Sequence record: PP496438.1 | DNA: 64,000 nucleotides | Reading direction: 5' to 3' (one strand) | Shown here: positions 1 to 9,829 of the stretch, piece after piece | How positions within the stretch are numbered: position 1 is the stretch's first letter | How the letters are laid out: each line of letters opens with the position of its first letter | Made by a program: the position numbers and the translations under genes | The notes under the pieces: model-generated | What the model was told of the DNA's origin: nothing | What the model saw: the letters and a program-made list of their open reading frames with translations, nothing else | The model's database searches: none

Positions 1-11
1 CCGGAGGCTAC

Positions 12-755
12 ATGTCATCCCCGTATGGAAAGACAAGTGGCGGGTCAGACCAACCCGCCACCGCAGGATTCACCGACGAACAGGTGATGGACAGTTTGTT
101 CAACTCGTTCCGGCCTGTTCCGGTCAAATACACAGTGGAAGTAATCTCGCCGATATGGCTGCGCACCGAACCGGCTCACCCCTGTCTAGTTCCATGCGTG
201 CCCGTGATCCCGGCGCAGCCACTGGTGGGGGAGTACGAGGAAGCCCCCACAAGCTCGCAGGCGGACGATGATGAGGATGACCCCGATGATGACCGGTTCA
301 AGCGGCTAGCGCTTGCCTATCCGGGGCTGACGCGCTCGGAGCTGGAAGCCATTGAAGGTGAAATCGTTGACGTTCTGGATATCGATGAGGACTTCCGAGA
401 CGAGTTCCTTCGCGATACCCAAGACATGGCGACCAGTATCCGGGAATTCCTCTTCAAGCAAATCGCGCCGATGGCTGTAGGTTCCAGTATTGCGTTCGAC
501 GAATTCAATCAGGAACTGTCTGCCGTCCTCGGGGACAAGAACGCCACTTCCAATTTCTCCACCGTCAAGCAGATGCTGGAGGACGCCATGACCATGAAGA
601 CTTTCGAGTTCCTGACCGAGCAGCTCAGCCTGTCGCCGGAAAGCTCGCGCCACGTTCTGTCGGTCTTCATGGCGAAGCGCATCTCCCCCGGAGGTAAGGG
701 CCGAAACACGGAGTCCTTGCTCAAGGATCTGCTTAACGCTACCAAAGGCGCATAA
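12..755 (+). CDS. Hypothetical protein directly upstream of terminase large subunit (possible small terminase subunit)
   Basis: GGAGG SD at 3-7; stop abuts terminase start; small-subunit role inferred from position only. Confidence 0.55.
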   Translation: MSSPYGKTSGGSDQPATAGFTDEQVMDSLFNSFRPVPVKYTVEVISPIWLRTEPAHPCLVPCVPVIPAQPLVGEYEEAPTSSQADDDEDDPDDDRFKRLALAYPGLTRSELEAIEGEIVDVLDIDEDFRDEFLRDTQDMATSIREFLFKQIAPMAVGSSIAFDEFNQELSAVLGDKNATSNFSTVKQMLEDAMTMKTFEFLTEQLSLSPESSRHVLSVFMAKRISPGGKGRNTESLLKDLLNATKGA

Positions 756-756
756 C

Positions 757-3138
757 ATGGCAGCCAAACCACCTGACAAGATCTCACGACGTAAGCTACA
801 GGAACTTCTGGATCGGAAAGAGGATCAACTCAAGTCTGATCGCCGATCCAAGAAGATCATCACCAAGCTCACGTCGTTCGAGAAGGCGAAAGCCGAAGCC
901 AGAGACATCACTAAGCCCTATCACAAGGAAGTGACTCTGGACGACATCATGGACCTTCGCGGAATGCTGGGCGGCAATCGCGCCATGGCCCCGTTGGAAG
1001 GTCAGTTCCTGATGACACCGGAGGAAGAACAGATCTCGGAACTGGGACTGTCGGAAACGCTGGATGAGATTTTCTCCAGTGGTATCGGCTTGCCTCCCGA
1101 CCTGAAGATCGATGACCGGGATCTGAAAGCGCTGCCCAACGTATTCGAGTGGACTACTTCGAAGATGGGCGCTAAGATGAAGCCGTACGCCCGGCAATAT
1201 GAGGTGATGATCAAGTCCTGCTCTGAGTGGTGCCCACCGTGCACTAAGAAGCGCTGGCCGAAACACAAGATGGGTTTCGCGAAATCGTTTCACTACTCGC
1301 CCGCTCTCCCCGTGGATTTTGACGTAGCCAACATTGACGACTACGTTCAGCACTTGGAGAACGGGCGTTGTCCGTGTTGCAAGAAAAGAAAATCGGAGTT
1401 GGTGCGCAGCGGGCAGTTGCCTCTGGTCACCGAACTGGACATGTGTCTGGGTCAACGGGCGGGTAAGTCTGCAACGATTTATTCCCTGATCCCCTACCTC
1501 ATTCACCGCTGGCTTAAGGTTCCTTCCCCAGTGCAGGCGCTGGGACTGCTGGACAACACCCTGCTGTCCGGGGTAGTGGTAGCATTGACCTACGCCAAGG
1601 CCACGTCCCTGCTGTGGCAGCCGATCCACAACGCTATCTCGAACACCGGCTGGTTCAAAGATTACAATGCGCTGTTGAACCATTACCAAGAGTTCTACGG
1701 CGAGGAATTCTTCAAGCTGAAAGACTCGTTCGTGCAGTACGGCCATCGGAACATGATCTTCAGTCCCTCCGGCCCGAACAAGCGTACACTCCGGGGTGAG
1801 ACCCGTATCTGGACCGGCACTGACGAAATCGGTTTCTTCTACCATGGCGATGACGGCGATGACAAGGAACGTGCATCGGCCAACGAGGTATATGTATCGC
1901 TGGGTAACTCCCTGTTCACGGTTAAGAAGGCAGCGGAAACTGCCTTACTGTCCGGCATGGATGGTATCCCTATGACTCTGATGGCGAACATCTCCTCGCC
2001 ATCGAGCTACAAAGATAAGATCATGTCGCTGATCCGTGAGTTCGAGAACGAGCCTACCGTCGTGACCATGCACTTGCCTACCTGGGAGTTCAACCCCAAG
2101 ACCAGCAAGGGTGACTTCAAGAAGGAATACGCGGCGGATCCCGTCAAGGCAGACCGTGACTTCGGGGCTAACCCGCCGATGTCCGAGAACCCCTACCTTC
2201 CTGACCTCGAACCCATGAAGCGTCAGGTGCTCAAGTCCCAGCGCAACATGGTAGAGTACGAGTACAAGCTGATCAAGGCTACTAACGGTGCACCGCAGCG
2301 CTATGCCAAGATCAAGCGACTCCGTGAGTTCATGGACAAGGTGCCGAAGCACGTGATGACCATCGACGCCGGGCACAGCAACAACTCCTTCGCCTTGACC
2401 GTTGGTTATCCTGAGATGTTCCGAGGGAAGCTTCGTCTGGTGTGCACGGGTGTGGTGGAAGTGGCACCGACACATGGCCAGAACACGATCAACTTCACCA
2501 AGATCGCCAAGGAAATGATCTACCCGCTGATCGAGCACTTCAACGTTGGTCTTGTGGTGACTGACCGCTGGAACTCTTTGAAGCTGCTGCATGACATCGA
2601 AGACGAGTACGGTATCTTCACGTTGCAGTACAGTCTGCGACCAGACGACTTCAACTTTATCTACGACTACTACATGGATGAAGACTTCGCGTACGCCCGT
2701 ATTCCCGTGCCTGAGATTCCCATTGATCAGATCATGGACGTCGATATCGATGAGTATCCGAAGTGCTTCGGTCCCGGCAACAAGACCACGGGCAGGCCAA
2801 TGCCTGTAGCGCACATGATCCATCAGTCGCAAACAGTTCAGGTAAATAGCCGGGGCAGTGTGGACAAAGGATTGGGTCTGACCGATGACATCTTTCGTGC
2901 GTTCAACTTGCTCACCTATGTCTGCGTGGATGAGGAGTACGTGGAAGAGTACATGCTGCTAACGGGTTCGGTCGCGGGTGAGAAGCGTGCCATTGGCGCA
3001 ATGGCAAGAGGTGGCATAACTCCGGGTAGTCGGGGCAGTGGTGGCAAGGCCATGAGTACCTCCGTCGGTGCGGTCGCGGGGGCGAGCACAGCCTCCGGCA
3101 GCGGCGGGAACGGTGTATTCAGCCGTACGTCCCGCTAA
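757..3138 (+). CDS. terL: Terminase large subunit
   Basis: Q motif PYARQ, Walker A GQRAGKS, Walker B WTGTDEIG, RNase H-like nuclease TIDAGHSNNSFAL and DDIFRA; sits upstream of portal-sized gene. Confidence 0.88.
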   Translation: MAAKPPDKISRRKLQELLDRKEDQLKSDRRSKKIITKLTSFEKAKAEARDITKPYHKEVTLDDIMDLRGMLGGNRAMAPLEGQFLMTPEEEQISELGLSETLDEIFSSGIGLPPDLKIDDRDLKALPNVFEWTTSKMGAKMKPYARQYEVMIKSCSEWCPPCTKKRWPKHKMGFAKSFHYSPALPVDFDVANIDDYVQHLENGRCPCCKKRKSELVRSGQLPLVTELDMCLGQRAGKSATIYSLIPYLIHRWLKVPSPVQALGLLDNTLLSGVVVALTYAKATSLLWQPIHNAISNTGWFKDYNALLNHYQEFYGEEFFKLKDSFVQYGHRNMIFSPSGPNKRTLRGETRIWTGTDEIGFFYHGDDGDDKERASANEVYVSLGNSLFTVKKAAETALLSGMDGIPMTLMANISSPSSYKDKIMSLIREFENEPTVVTMHLPTWEFNPKTSKGDFKKEYAADPVKADRDFGANPPMSENPYLPDLEPMKRQVLKSQRNMVEYEYKLIKATNGAPQRYAKIKRLREFMDKVPKHVMTIDAGHSNNSFALTVGYPEMFRGKLRLVCTGVVEVAPTHGQNTINFTKIAKEMIYPLIEHFNVGLVVTDRWNSLKLLHDIEDEYGIFTLQYSLRPDDFNFIYDYYMDEDFAYARIPVPEIPIDQIMDVDIDEYPKCFGPGNKTTGRPMPVAHMIHQSQTVQVNSRGSVDKGLGLTDDIFRAFNLLTYVCVDEEYVEEYMLLTGSVAGEKRAIGAMARGGITPGSRGSGGKAMSTSVGAVAGASTASGSGGNGVFSRTSR

Positions 3139-3191
3139 TTCAGACCCTAATTAAAGCCATTAAACGGATAACCCGAGTCGGGAGACCTGAA

Positions 3192-3419
3192 ATGCTGAAC
3201 GTATTCGATTTGATCAAGAGTAAGATGCCTAACGTCCACATCGAAGAAGCCCGTGTGGCCGAGGAACGTGAGATGGCCACGGCAGGACTGAGCAACGACG
3301 ATCCTCTGGTGTGCCCCGTGTGCAAAGAGCGAACCCAACCGATCATGGGAGGCAACAACGTACCCATGCTCATCTGCGAGAAAGACCGTGTAGCCATGCC
3401 TGTCCCTGAAGGGGTCTAA
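3192..3419 (+). CDS. Small Zn-ribbon-like protein
   Basis: CPVC...CEKD; GGAG SD. Confidence 0.65.
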   Translation: MLNVFDLIKSKMPNVHIEEARVAEEREMATAGLSNDDPLVCPVCKERTQPIMGGNNVPMLICEKDRVAMPVPEGV

Positions 3420-3420
3420 C

Positions 3421-5235
3421 ATGATCCGAATGAACAACCGCATGCGGTTATCAGACAAGAATGGTCGCATGACGACCATCGCGTCACCGCAGAGCATGAG
3501 TGGCAGCATGGGTGCAGGGGGTCACCCCATGACTCGCGCCATGGGTGGCAACGCGTCCACCCGAGACAGCCTGCTCGACGGCATCCTGAAGCTCGACCCG
3601 GATGTCATGCGTCAGATCTATATGGATATGTACCTGTTCGATCCGACCATCGGCGGCGCCACTGACTTGCTGGCCCAGAGCCCGTGGTCGGACTACGATC
3701 TAGTAGACGCTGAGCCGGATCAACTGGACATCTTCTACCGGTCGATGGAACTGCTGAACTACCGAGAGCTGATGCCGGAGTTCACCATCGACTACCTGAC
3801 GCTGGGCGCCGCTGTAGGTACGCCGCTGTACAGCGTGTCGGAAAAGGCATTCACCGACATCATCCCGCACTCCATCGCCAGTATTCAGGTTCAGGAAGTT
3901 CCCCTGTATTCCCAAGACCCTGTGCTGACGCTGCTGGTGCCGGAAGAAATGCGCACGTTCGCGACCAGTCAAGACCCGTACGTGGTCAAGATGCGGCAGC
4001 GCATGACACCGAAGATGGTGGAAGCGTTCCGAGCGCAGGAGGTTGCACTTGATCCGGTGACCACGCTGTACGTACCCCGCACTTCGTTCTCGACAGTGCA
4101 GCAAGGCGTATCGCTGTACACCCGCTTGATCCCGATCTACTTGCTGGAACGTCTTCTGTACCGTGGCACGTTGACCGAGGCTACTCGCCGCCAGCGCTCT
4201 ACGTTGCACATTCAAGCTGGTGACGATCTGTGGAACCCGGACGACAATGAGCTGAACAGTCTGGTGCAGCTGTTCCTGCAAGCCGAGCAAGATCCAGTGT
4301 CGGCCATCGTCGCTACCCAGATGAACGTGCAGACTCAGGAGATTCGAGCTGCCGGTGACTTCTGGAAGTGGACGGATAACCTGGAGCAGTTCAACGACAT
4401 CAAGCTGCGAGGCATGGGGATCAACGAATCCTACATGTCAGGTGATGTGACCTACGACAACCTGAGTACCAGTGTGACCATGTTCCAAGAGCAGCAGGAC
4501 TCGCTCCGGGAAATGATGGTACGCAAGACGCTGTACACCAAGGTGTTCCCGGTCCTGTCGATCACCCACGACTTCCGCCGCAAGGAAGAGTCGCGGCATG
4601 CTCGCCGCGAGATGGCTACGGCCAAGGCTGCGCAGAAGCGTACCCTGAACGATTCGTTCGCGTTCCAGGTGAATGACAAAGCATCGCTGGTCATCCCCAA
4701 GGTGGTATGGCACAAGAAGCTGCGTTCCATGTACACCGAAGGTTCGTTCGATATCCTTGACAAGCTAGCGGAAGCAGGTCTACCGGTTACCCTCCGGGCG
4801 TGGGCTGCTGCTGGGGGTTACGACCTGGACAGCGCTATGCAGGCCATGGCCGACGATGCCAAACTTCGGAAACAGGTGTCAGACTTCAAAGCCGAGAACG
4901 GTATCGATGCCGGTACGGAAAACGACTTCAACCTCGACGGGGATACCGAGCTGTCGATGGTCAGGTCCGCATCCGCATTGCTGGATAAGGCAATGGGTGG
5001 CCGGGGTATGAAGCCACTGGGTCTGCTGGGCCGTGAGTTCAGCGAGGCGGATTCCGAAGTGGTACGCCATGATCACTCTGGCAAACGCAAGTGGGTTCCT
5101 GACCAGCACCGTGCCAAGCGGGAGGAGAACGATAAGGCGATGAAGGCGTTGAAGCAGGCCTCTGATCCGGACTTCCGTGCCAAGACGATTGCCGCCGTTA
5201 ACCGTAGACAAGGCGCGAGAAAGACTCGCGGCTGA
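3421..5235 (+). CDS. Portal protein (putative)
   Basis: 604 aa, follows terminase; YLFDPTIGGATDLLA segment resembles portal N-terminal helix; basic tail. Confidence 0.7.
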   Translation: MIRMNNRMRLSDKNGRMTTIASPQSMSGSMGAGGHPMTRAMGGNASTRDSLLDGILKLDPDVMRQIYMDMYLFDPTIGGATDLLAQSPWSDYDLVDAEPDQLDIFYRSMELLNYRELMPEFTIDYLTLGAAVGTPLYSVSEKAFTDIIPHSIASIQVQEVPLYSQDPVLTLLVPEEMRTFATSQDPYVVKMRQRMTPKMVEAFRAQEVALDPVTTLYVPRTSFSTVQQGVSLYTRLIPIYLLERLLYRGTLTEATRRQRSTLHIQAGDDLWNPDDNELNSLVQLFLQAEQDPVSAIVATQMNVQTQEIRAAGDFWKWTDNLEQFNDIKLRGMGINESYMSGDVTYDNLSTSVTMFQEQQDSLREMMVRKTLYTKVFPVLSITHDFRRKEESRHARREMATAKAAQKRTLNDSFAFQVNDKASLVIPKVVWHKKLRSMYTEGSFDILDKLAEAGLPVTLRAWAAAGGYDLDSAMQAMADDAKLRKQVSDFKAENGIDAGTENDFNLDGDTELSMVRSASALLDKAMGGRGMKPLGLLGREFSEADSEVVRHDHSGKRKWVPDQHRAKREENDKAMKALKQASDPDFRAKTIAAVNRRQGARKTRG

Positions 5236-5260
5236 CATTTATTTTCCATGGAGAGCAAGA

Positions 5261-6688
5261 ATGAAAAACAATCCACAAGTCACGCGCCTTTCCGCCTTGG
5301 CTGCTGCTGGTATCAACGTCAAGTCAGGTTCTCCGGTTGATGTCGTGCACCAGCACACTCGCACTCTGGGCAACACCATCGAGAAGCTGAGCCAGCCGCG
5401 TCAGTGGGCCATTGCTCACCTGATGAACGAAGCGGCCGACCTGCTGGTTGTAGAAACTGGCAGCCTTCAAGACGACTACATCGACTACTTCAAAGGTGCA
5501 CTGGAGAAGTTCGGTGTGTCCTCCCCAGCGGAACTGACCCAAGAGAAGGCTTCCGAGTTCTTCAACTGGATCAGCGCCAACTGGAAGAAGGGAGAAGGCC
5601 CTAAAGCCGAAGCCAGCGTCGAAACTGCCAGCCAGTTCTCCTTCGTCAAAGTCAGCCAGAACGGTAACACCTACCGACTGGAAGCCTCGGACACCGGCAA
5701 CTTCAAATCCGTCATGATCTGGAAGGGTGGCATGTGGACGAAGCCAGGTCCGGACGAAGCGTTCAAGGAGAAAGAGCCGCACCGCATGCTGGGTGCCCTG
5801 CGCACGCCCAACGGTGCAGAACTGGCTACCCTCAACCTGCCGGAAACCCCAGTGGCGAGCATGGAAGAGATGGCCGAGCTGTTCGGCGCCATGGGTATCG
5901 AAGAGAGCGAGATCCGTCGCTTCTACGGCGGTGGTCCAGAGTGGAATGATCGCAGCGTCTACGATGGCAACATCCCGAGCGTATCCCCGGCCAATCTGGG
6001 TGTGAACCCAACTTACGCCTACACCGACATGCACCCGCTGCGTGCCTACGAGGCGGAAGACACCATCCGTATCAATGGTCTGGACGCCACGTTGCAATCC
6101 ATTGACAACGGACAGGCTGTGTTCACGGTTGACGGCGTAGATACAACCACGGTGCCGCTGGACAACATCGTGGTCGCTGAAGGTGAAGCCTCGGTAGTAG
6201 CCACCGCCATGGTATCTCATCGCGTACTGGTTACCGCTGGTCACGAAGACCTGACTCAGTACAAGTCGCTGCGTCACGACTTCGAGACTGTTACCGCGAA
6301 CCACCAAGAGCTGTCGCAAGTCAAGGTCGGCCCAGCGCTGCAAACCCTCGCCAAGGCGGGTAACCGTCGCGCTCTGGTACTGGCCCACGCCGGTGTGCAG
6401 CGTATCAACGAAGGTCATGCGCTGCTCAAAGCCTCCATCGGCTACGGCAAGGAAGCGGCGACCGCCAGTGTCATCACAGAGCTGGCCGATCTGAACAACC
6501 TGTGTGGCAAGGATCAAGTGTCGGCACAAGACGTGATCGACTCCGCGCCAGTGGTCACTCATCTGAAGCAGGGTGAGTTCAAGGCCGACATGCCGGACGT
6601 GGTTGACTCTTCAGACTTCGAGCTGAACGATCCGCAAGCCGAACAGGCGTCCACGCGCAAGAGCCGCTTCCCAAGCCGCAAGCGCTAA
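5261..6688 (+). CDS. Head-associated (scaffold/internal) protein, putative
   Basis: Start moved to ATG 5261 (GGAG SD; avoids portal overlap); lies between portal and protease; several ETA/ATA motifs. Confidence 0.55.
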   Translation: MKNNPQVTRLSALAAAGINVKSGSPVDVVHQHTRTLGNTIEKLSQPRQWAIAHLMNEAADLLVVETGSLQDDYIDYFKGALEKFGVSSPAELTQEKASEFFNWISANWKKGEGPKAEASVETASQFSFVKVSQNGNTYRLEASDTGNFKSVMIWKGGMWTKPGPDEAFKEKEPHRMLGALRTPNGAELATLNLPETPVASMEEMAELFGAMGIEESEIRRFYGGGPEWNDRSVYDGNIPSVSPANLGVNPTYAYTDMHPLRAYEAEDTIRINGLDATLQSIDNGQAVFTVDGVDTTTVPLDNIVVAEGEASVVATAMVSHRVLVTAGHEDLTQYKSLRHDFETVTANHQELSQVKVGPALQTLAKAGNRRALVLAHAGVQRINEGHALLKASIGYGKEAATASVITELADLNNLCGKDQVSAQDVIDSAPVVTHLKQGEFKADMPDVVDSSDFELNDPQAEQASTRKSRFPSRKR

Positions 6689-6698
6689 TCATCTGGAC

Positions 6699-6718
6699 AG
6701 GGGATCGCAAGGTCCCCT
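6699..6718 (+). repeat. GCAA-tetraloop hairpin, copy 1 of GGGAYC-GCAA-GGTCCC
   Basis: AGGGGATC GCAA GGTCCCCT; near-identical copies at 13950 and 49770. Confidence 0.7.
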
Positions 6719-6734
6719 CATCAGGAACTTGACT

Positions 6735-8771
6735 ATGACAATCAAGAGTGCTACATTTGCGGTGGCTGAATCGCAAGCTCAAGGCCTAGCCAACTCCATG
6801 GGATGGCCGGGTGAGGTAATGGACAACGGTGACGGCACTGTCACTCTGTCGCCACCCGACGCATGGGACGATGAAGAGAATCCCGGCAAGGTGGCCGCGT
6901 CCAAGCTGACCGGCAACAAGGACTGTCACGTCTTCGCCAGTATGGCGGTGCCCAGTGAAGGTGAGTGGATGGCTGTAGTCATTCAAGGTACACCGGCGCT
7001 GGTACTCATCGACCAAGGGTCTGGTGAAGGCTGGTTGACCCTTCAGGCCCCTGCGGACTTCGATGTTCCGGAGAGCGTGCTGATTCCTTTCCAACAACGC
7101 TTGACCCAAACGGAAACTGCTTCAATGGACCTTGAACAAGACGTAGAACTGGCAGCAGGGAAGAAAAAATCGGAAGTGGACCAACTTATCGAACTGCGAC
7201 AGGAATACGATAAGCTTCAATTCTCAAAGTCGAAATTGAGCGTACACGGTAAGAACCCTACCAGCTCTCGTATCATCTCAGCGAAGAAAGGGTTGATAGA
7301 ACGGGAGAAGGAATTCAAGGACAAGTTGAAGAAATTGGTCCCGTCGGGTCGTATTCCTACCATGGAGAGTTTGCAGAATCGTAAGATGCGGGAATCGGGA
7401 ATTAAACCTCCGACCAAAGCTGAGAAGGATTCGGCCAGTGAGCGTCGGATGTTGAAGAGTGAAAAAGACAGGCAGACGAGAGTAGCTACTACAGTAAAGA
7501 AACACGGAGTAACTGAATCGGAAGCCAATACCTTGCACCGGGGCAAATACCCTAAGTCCTATTATAAGGATGAACGGGACCTGGATGAGATCAGTCATAA
7601 GTTGAAAAATCCTAGGCTTACGGATGAGCAAGAAGCTAAGTTGGAGAAAGAGTTGAAAGACTTGCGCACGAAGTTCAAGGAAAAGAAGAAGAAATACGAT
7701 GCCGTCCTCAAGGAAGGGCGGGAGGAATCTTCGGTTCAGCCGGATACCCGTACGCAGGTTCTGGCTAACGTCTCCAGCGACCCGGCCACTCCTGCGTATC
7801 AGGAAGCATCTATCACGGGAGTTACACCAGAAGGCCACATCTCAGTAGCATTCGCTGACGGCGATATCGGTGTGTACCAAGGTAAGTTCGACCCTGCTGG
7901 TCTGATGCCAATCGCGGAAGCGGCAGGCGTTGAAGTTGCCAGCTTCAGACACCACACCATGGTTCTGGCCAACGTTGGCACTGCGGCAGCACCTGAATAC
8001 GCCGAAGCAGAGGTGATTGGTTCCACCGAGGAAGGCCATCTGGAAGTCGCGTTCGCCGATGGTGACGTGGGCATCTACCGTTCCTTGTTCCACCCTACCG
8101 GTATCTTGCCGCTGGGTGTGACTGCCGAGACGGCCAGTGTGCTCATCGAGGTGGCCGCACGTACGGCAATGACCCCGGAGCAGAAGCTCAAGCGTGCACA
8201 GGACCTGCTCAAGCTGCGTACGCTGCACGACAAGTACGAGACCAACACCGACGCCCTGAAAGGCAAGAAAGGTCCGGAGAACAAAGCCAAGCGGGACAAG
8301 AACAACGAGGACAAGGCCAAGCTCCGTGCCAAGCTGGACAAGATGGGTGTCACATCCCTGCCGAGCAAAGCTCACCTGCAGCGTACCATCAAGCAGCACA
8401 GCGATCTGCCGACCCGTATGCGTGCATCGGACAAGAAGCCTGCTGCTAAGGTACCAACGAATAAGGCAGCACGGGACGCGGCCAAGAAGAAGTATGCGCC
8501 TGCTAAAGAGGACAAAGGATTAGACATGCGGATTAAGGCTCCGGGGTATGCTGAAAGGAATTTCGGCCCTGCTGCCATGAAACGAAAAGAGGAAAGAAAG
8601 TCTTTGCCCAAAGCTACTCAGGACAAGATCAAGAAGTTGGAAGCAAAGATAGAAGAGACGCTTACGGACATCCATAAGGGTTCCATCAGTAAAAGGGACG
8701 TTCAGACTGCCCGCGACCAAGTTAAGGCTTGGAAAGAGCAAGTCAAAGAACTTTCTACCCCGGCTAAGTAA
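6735..8771 (+). CDS. Lys-rich mosaic internal head protein with two Tudor/SH3-like repeats
   Basis: Repeats VLANV..PxY...GH.xVAFADGD.GxY at about 7755-7913 and 7959-8118; Lys-rich, AT-richer blocks; ATG 6735 with AGGA SD. Confidence 0.6.
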   Translation: MTIKSATFAVAESQAQGLANSMGWPGEVMDNGDGTVTLSPPDAWDDEENPGKVAASKLTGNKDCHVFASMAVPSEGEWMAVVIQGTPALVLIDQGSGEGWLTLQAPADFDVPESVLIPFQQRLTQTETASMDLEQDVELAAGKKKSEVDQLIELRQEYDKLQFSKSKLSVHGKNPTSSRIISAKKGLIEREKEFKDKLKKLVPSGRIPTMESLQNRKMRESGIKPPTKAEKDSASERRMLKSEKDRQTRVATTVKKHGVTESEANTLHRGKYPKSYYKDERDLDEISHKLKNPRLTDEQEAKLEKELKDLRTKFKEKKKKYDAVLKEGREESSVQPDTRTQVLANVSSDPATPAYQEASITGVTPEGHISVAFADGDIGVYQGKFDPAGLMPIAEAAGVEVASFRHHTMVLANVGTAAAPEYAEAEVIGSTEEGHLEVAFADGDVGIYRSLFHPTGILPLGVTAETASVLIEVAARTAMTPEQKLKRAQDLLKLRTLHDKYETNTDALKGKKGPENKAKRDKNNEDKAKLRAKLDKMGVTSLPSKAHLQRTIKQHSDLPTRMRASDKKPAAKVPTNKAARDAAKKKYAPAKEDKGLDMRIKAPGYAERNFGPAAMKRKEERKSLPKATQDKIKKLEAKIEETLTDIHKGSISKRDVQTARDQVKAWKEQVKELSTPAK

Positions 8772-8793
8772 CCACACCTGACTGGAGCATGAC

Positions 8794-9552
8794 ATGAACG
8801 TGTTTGAAATGATTGCCCAGCAGAACGCCGCGATGAAACCCATCGACGTGCACAAGCTGGTTAAAGGCAAGGATGTAGATCCAAAGCTCAAGGAGATGAC
8901 CACGGCCAAAGTCGGTATGCCCGGCTTGGCCCAGGCCATTACGTTCGCGGAGTGGTTGCCGTTCGCGGCCAAGACGTATCACTGCTCGCCGGATCCGAAG
9001 GATTACATTCTGGTCCCGAACATCGTGATGCCGTCGGAGATCCCCAACCGGAATGGCGTGGGCTTCCCCTTGCAGCAACTGGTACGCTTCAATCCTGAGA
9101 CTGGTTGCCAAGGCTTCCGTACGGCAGTCGGCAAGGGTACGTACGCGGACCACCAGAACAACACCGTCGCCCCGCTGGCGAAAGGCGTGATCGTGGATTC
9201 GTTCATGCGCCCGCTGGAAGGCTTCAAGGGCGGCGTGTGGAAGTTGCTGTTCCTCTTGGCGTACGACCGGTCCAAAGACCAAGCGCTCACCAACGCCATC
9301 TTGGCAGGCACTCGTACCAACTACAGCATGGGCGCGTACCTGACCAAGTACACGTGCTCGATCTGTGGCCGGGACCGGGGCCAGTGTGTGCACTTGAGCG
9401 CGCAGAAAGGTTCGGTGAACTTCCGCAAGGTAGGGAACCAGCTGGCGTACTCGCAGGCATACGAACCAATTTTCTTCGAGACGTCCTCGGTAGAAGATCC
9501 GGCTTTCGTATCGTCGATCACCGGCGCTGATCACCTGCTTATCACTCGGTAA
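8794..9552 (+). CDS. Prohead maturation protease (HK97/assemblin-like serine protease)
   Basis: NRNG, YADHQNN (His), YSMG (Ser) and ETSSVEDPAF motifs; CSIC..C..H; head module position. Confidence 0.75.
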   Translation: MNVFEMIAQQNAAMKPIDVHKLVKGKDVDPKLKEMTTAKVGMPGLAQAITFAEWLPFAAKTYHCSPDPKDYILVPNIVMPSEIPNRNGVGFPLQQLVRFNPETGCQGFRTAVGKGTYADHQNNTVAPLAKGVIVDSFMRPLEGFKGGVWKLLFLLAYDRSKDQALTNAILAGTRTNYSMGAYLTKYTCSICGRDRGQCVHLSAQKGSVNFRKVGNQLAYSQAYEPIFFETSSVEDPAFVSSITGADHLLITR

Positions 9553-9584
9553 GCAGGAACTCCGTAACAAGTAGAGGTAACATC

Positions 9585-9743
9585 ATGGGTATCACTACCA
9601 TTCTCCTGATCGTGTTGATAGTTCTGCTCGTCTGCGGCTTGCCCGTGTTCCCGTACTCCACAGGTTGGGGTTACGGTCCATCTGGGCTGATCACGGTGAT
9701 CGTCGTGATCCTGCTGATCCTCGTCTTGACCGGACGAATGTGA
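9585..9743 (+). CDS. DUF3309-family small membrane protein (absent from ORF track)
   Basis: Hand translation MGITTILLIVLIVLLVCGLPVFPYSTGWGYGPSGLITVIVVILLILVLTGRM; GAGG SD; WGYGPSG between two TM segments is the family signature. Confidence 0.8.
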   Translation: MGITTILLIVLIVLLVCGLPVFPYSTGWGYGPSGLITVIVVILLILVLTGRM

Positions 9744-9748
9744 CAACC

Positions 9749-9782
9749 GCCCGCTCTGGCAAACGCTGGGGCGGGCTTTTTC
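9749..9782 (+). terminator. Rho-independent terminator
   Basis: GCCCGCTCTGGC-AAAC-GCTGGGGCGGGC followed by T run. Confidence 0.8.
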
Positions 9783-9829
9783 GTATCTGCTAATTACAAA
9801 ACATGGATAAATAAATTGGAAGATGGGAC

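Noticed and set aside
757-3138. Intein or intron in terminase or nrdA
   Set aside because: No C/S...HN splice junctions, no LAGLIDADG or HNH motifs, frames continuous
5177-5260. ORF-track upstream starts (5177, 11113, 13025, 13401, 22909, 23574, 29799, 34991, 58947 and others)
   Set aside because: They overlap upstream genes or promoters; downstream starts have proper SD sequences
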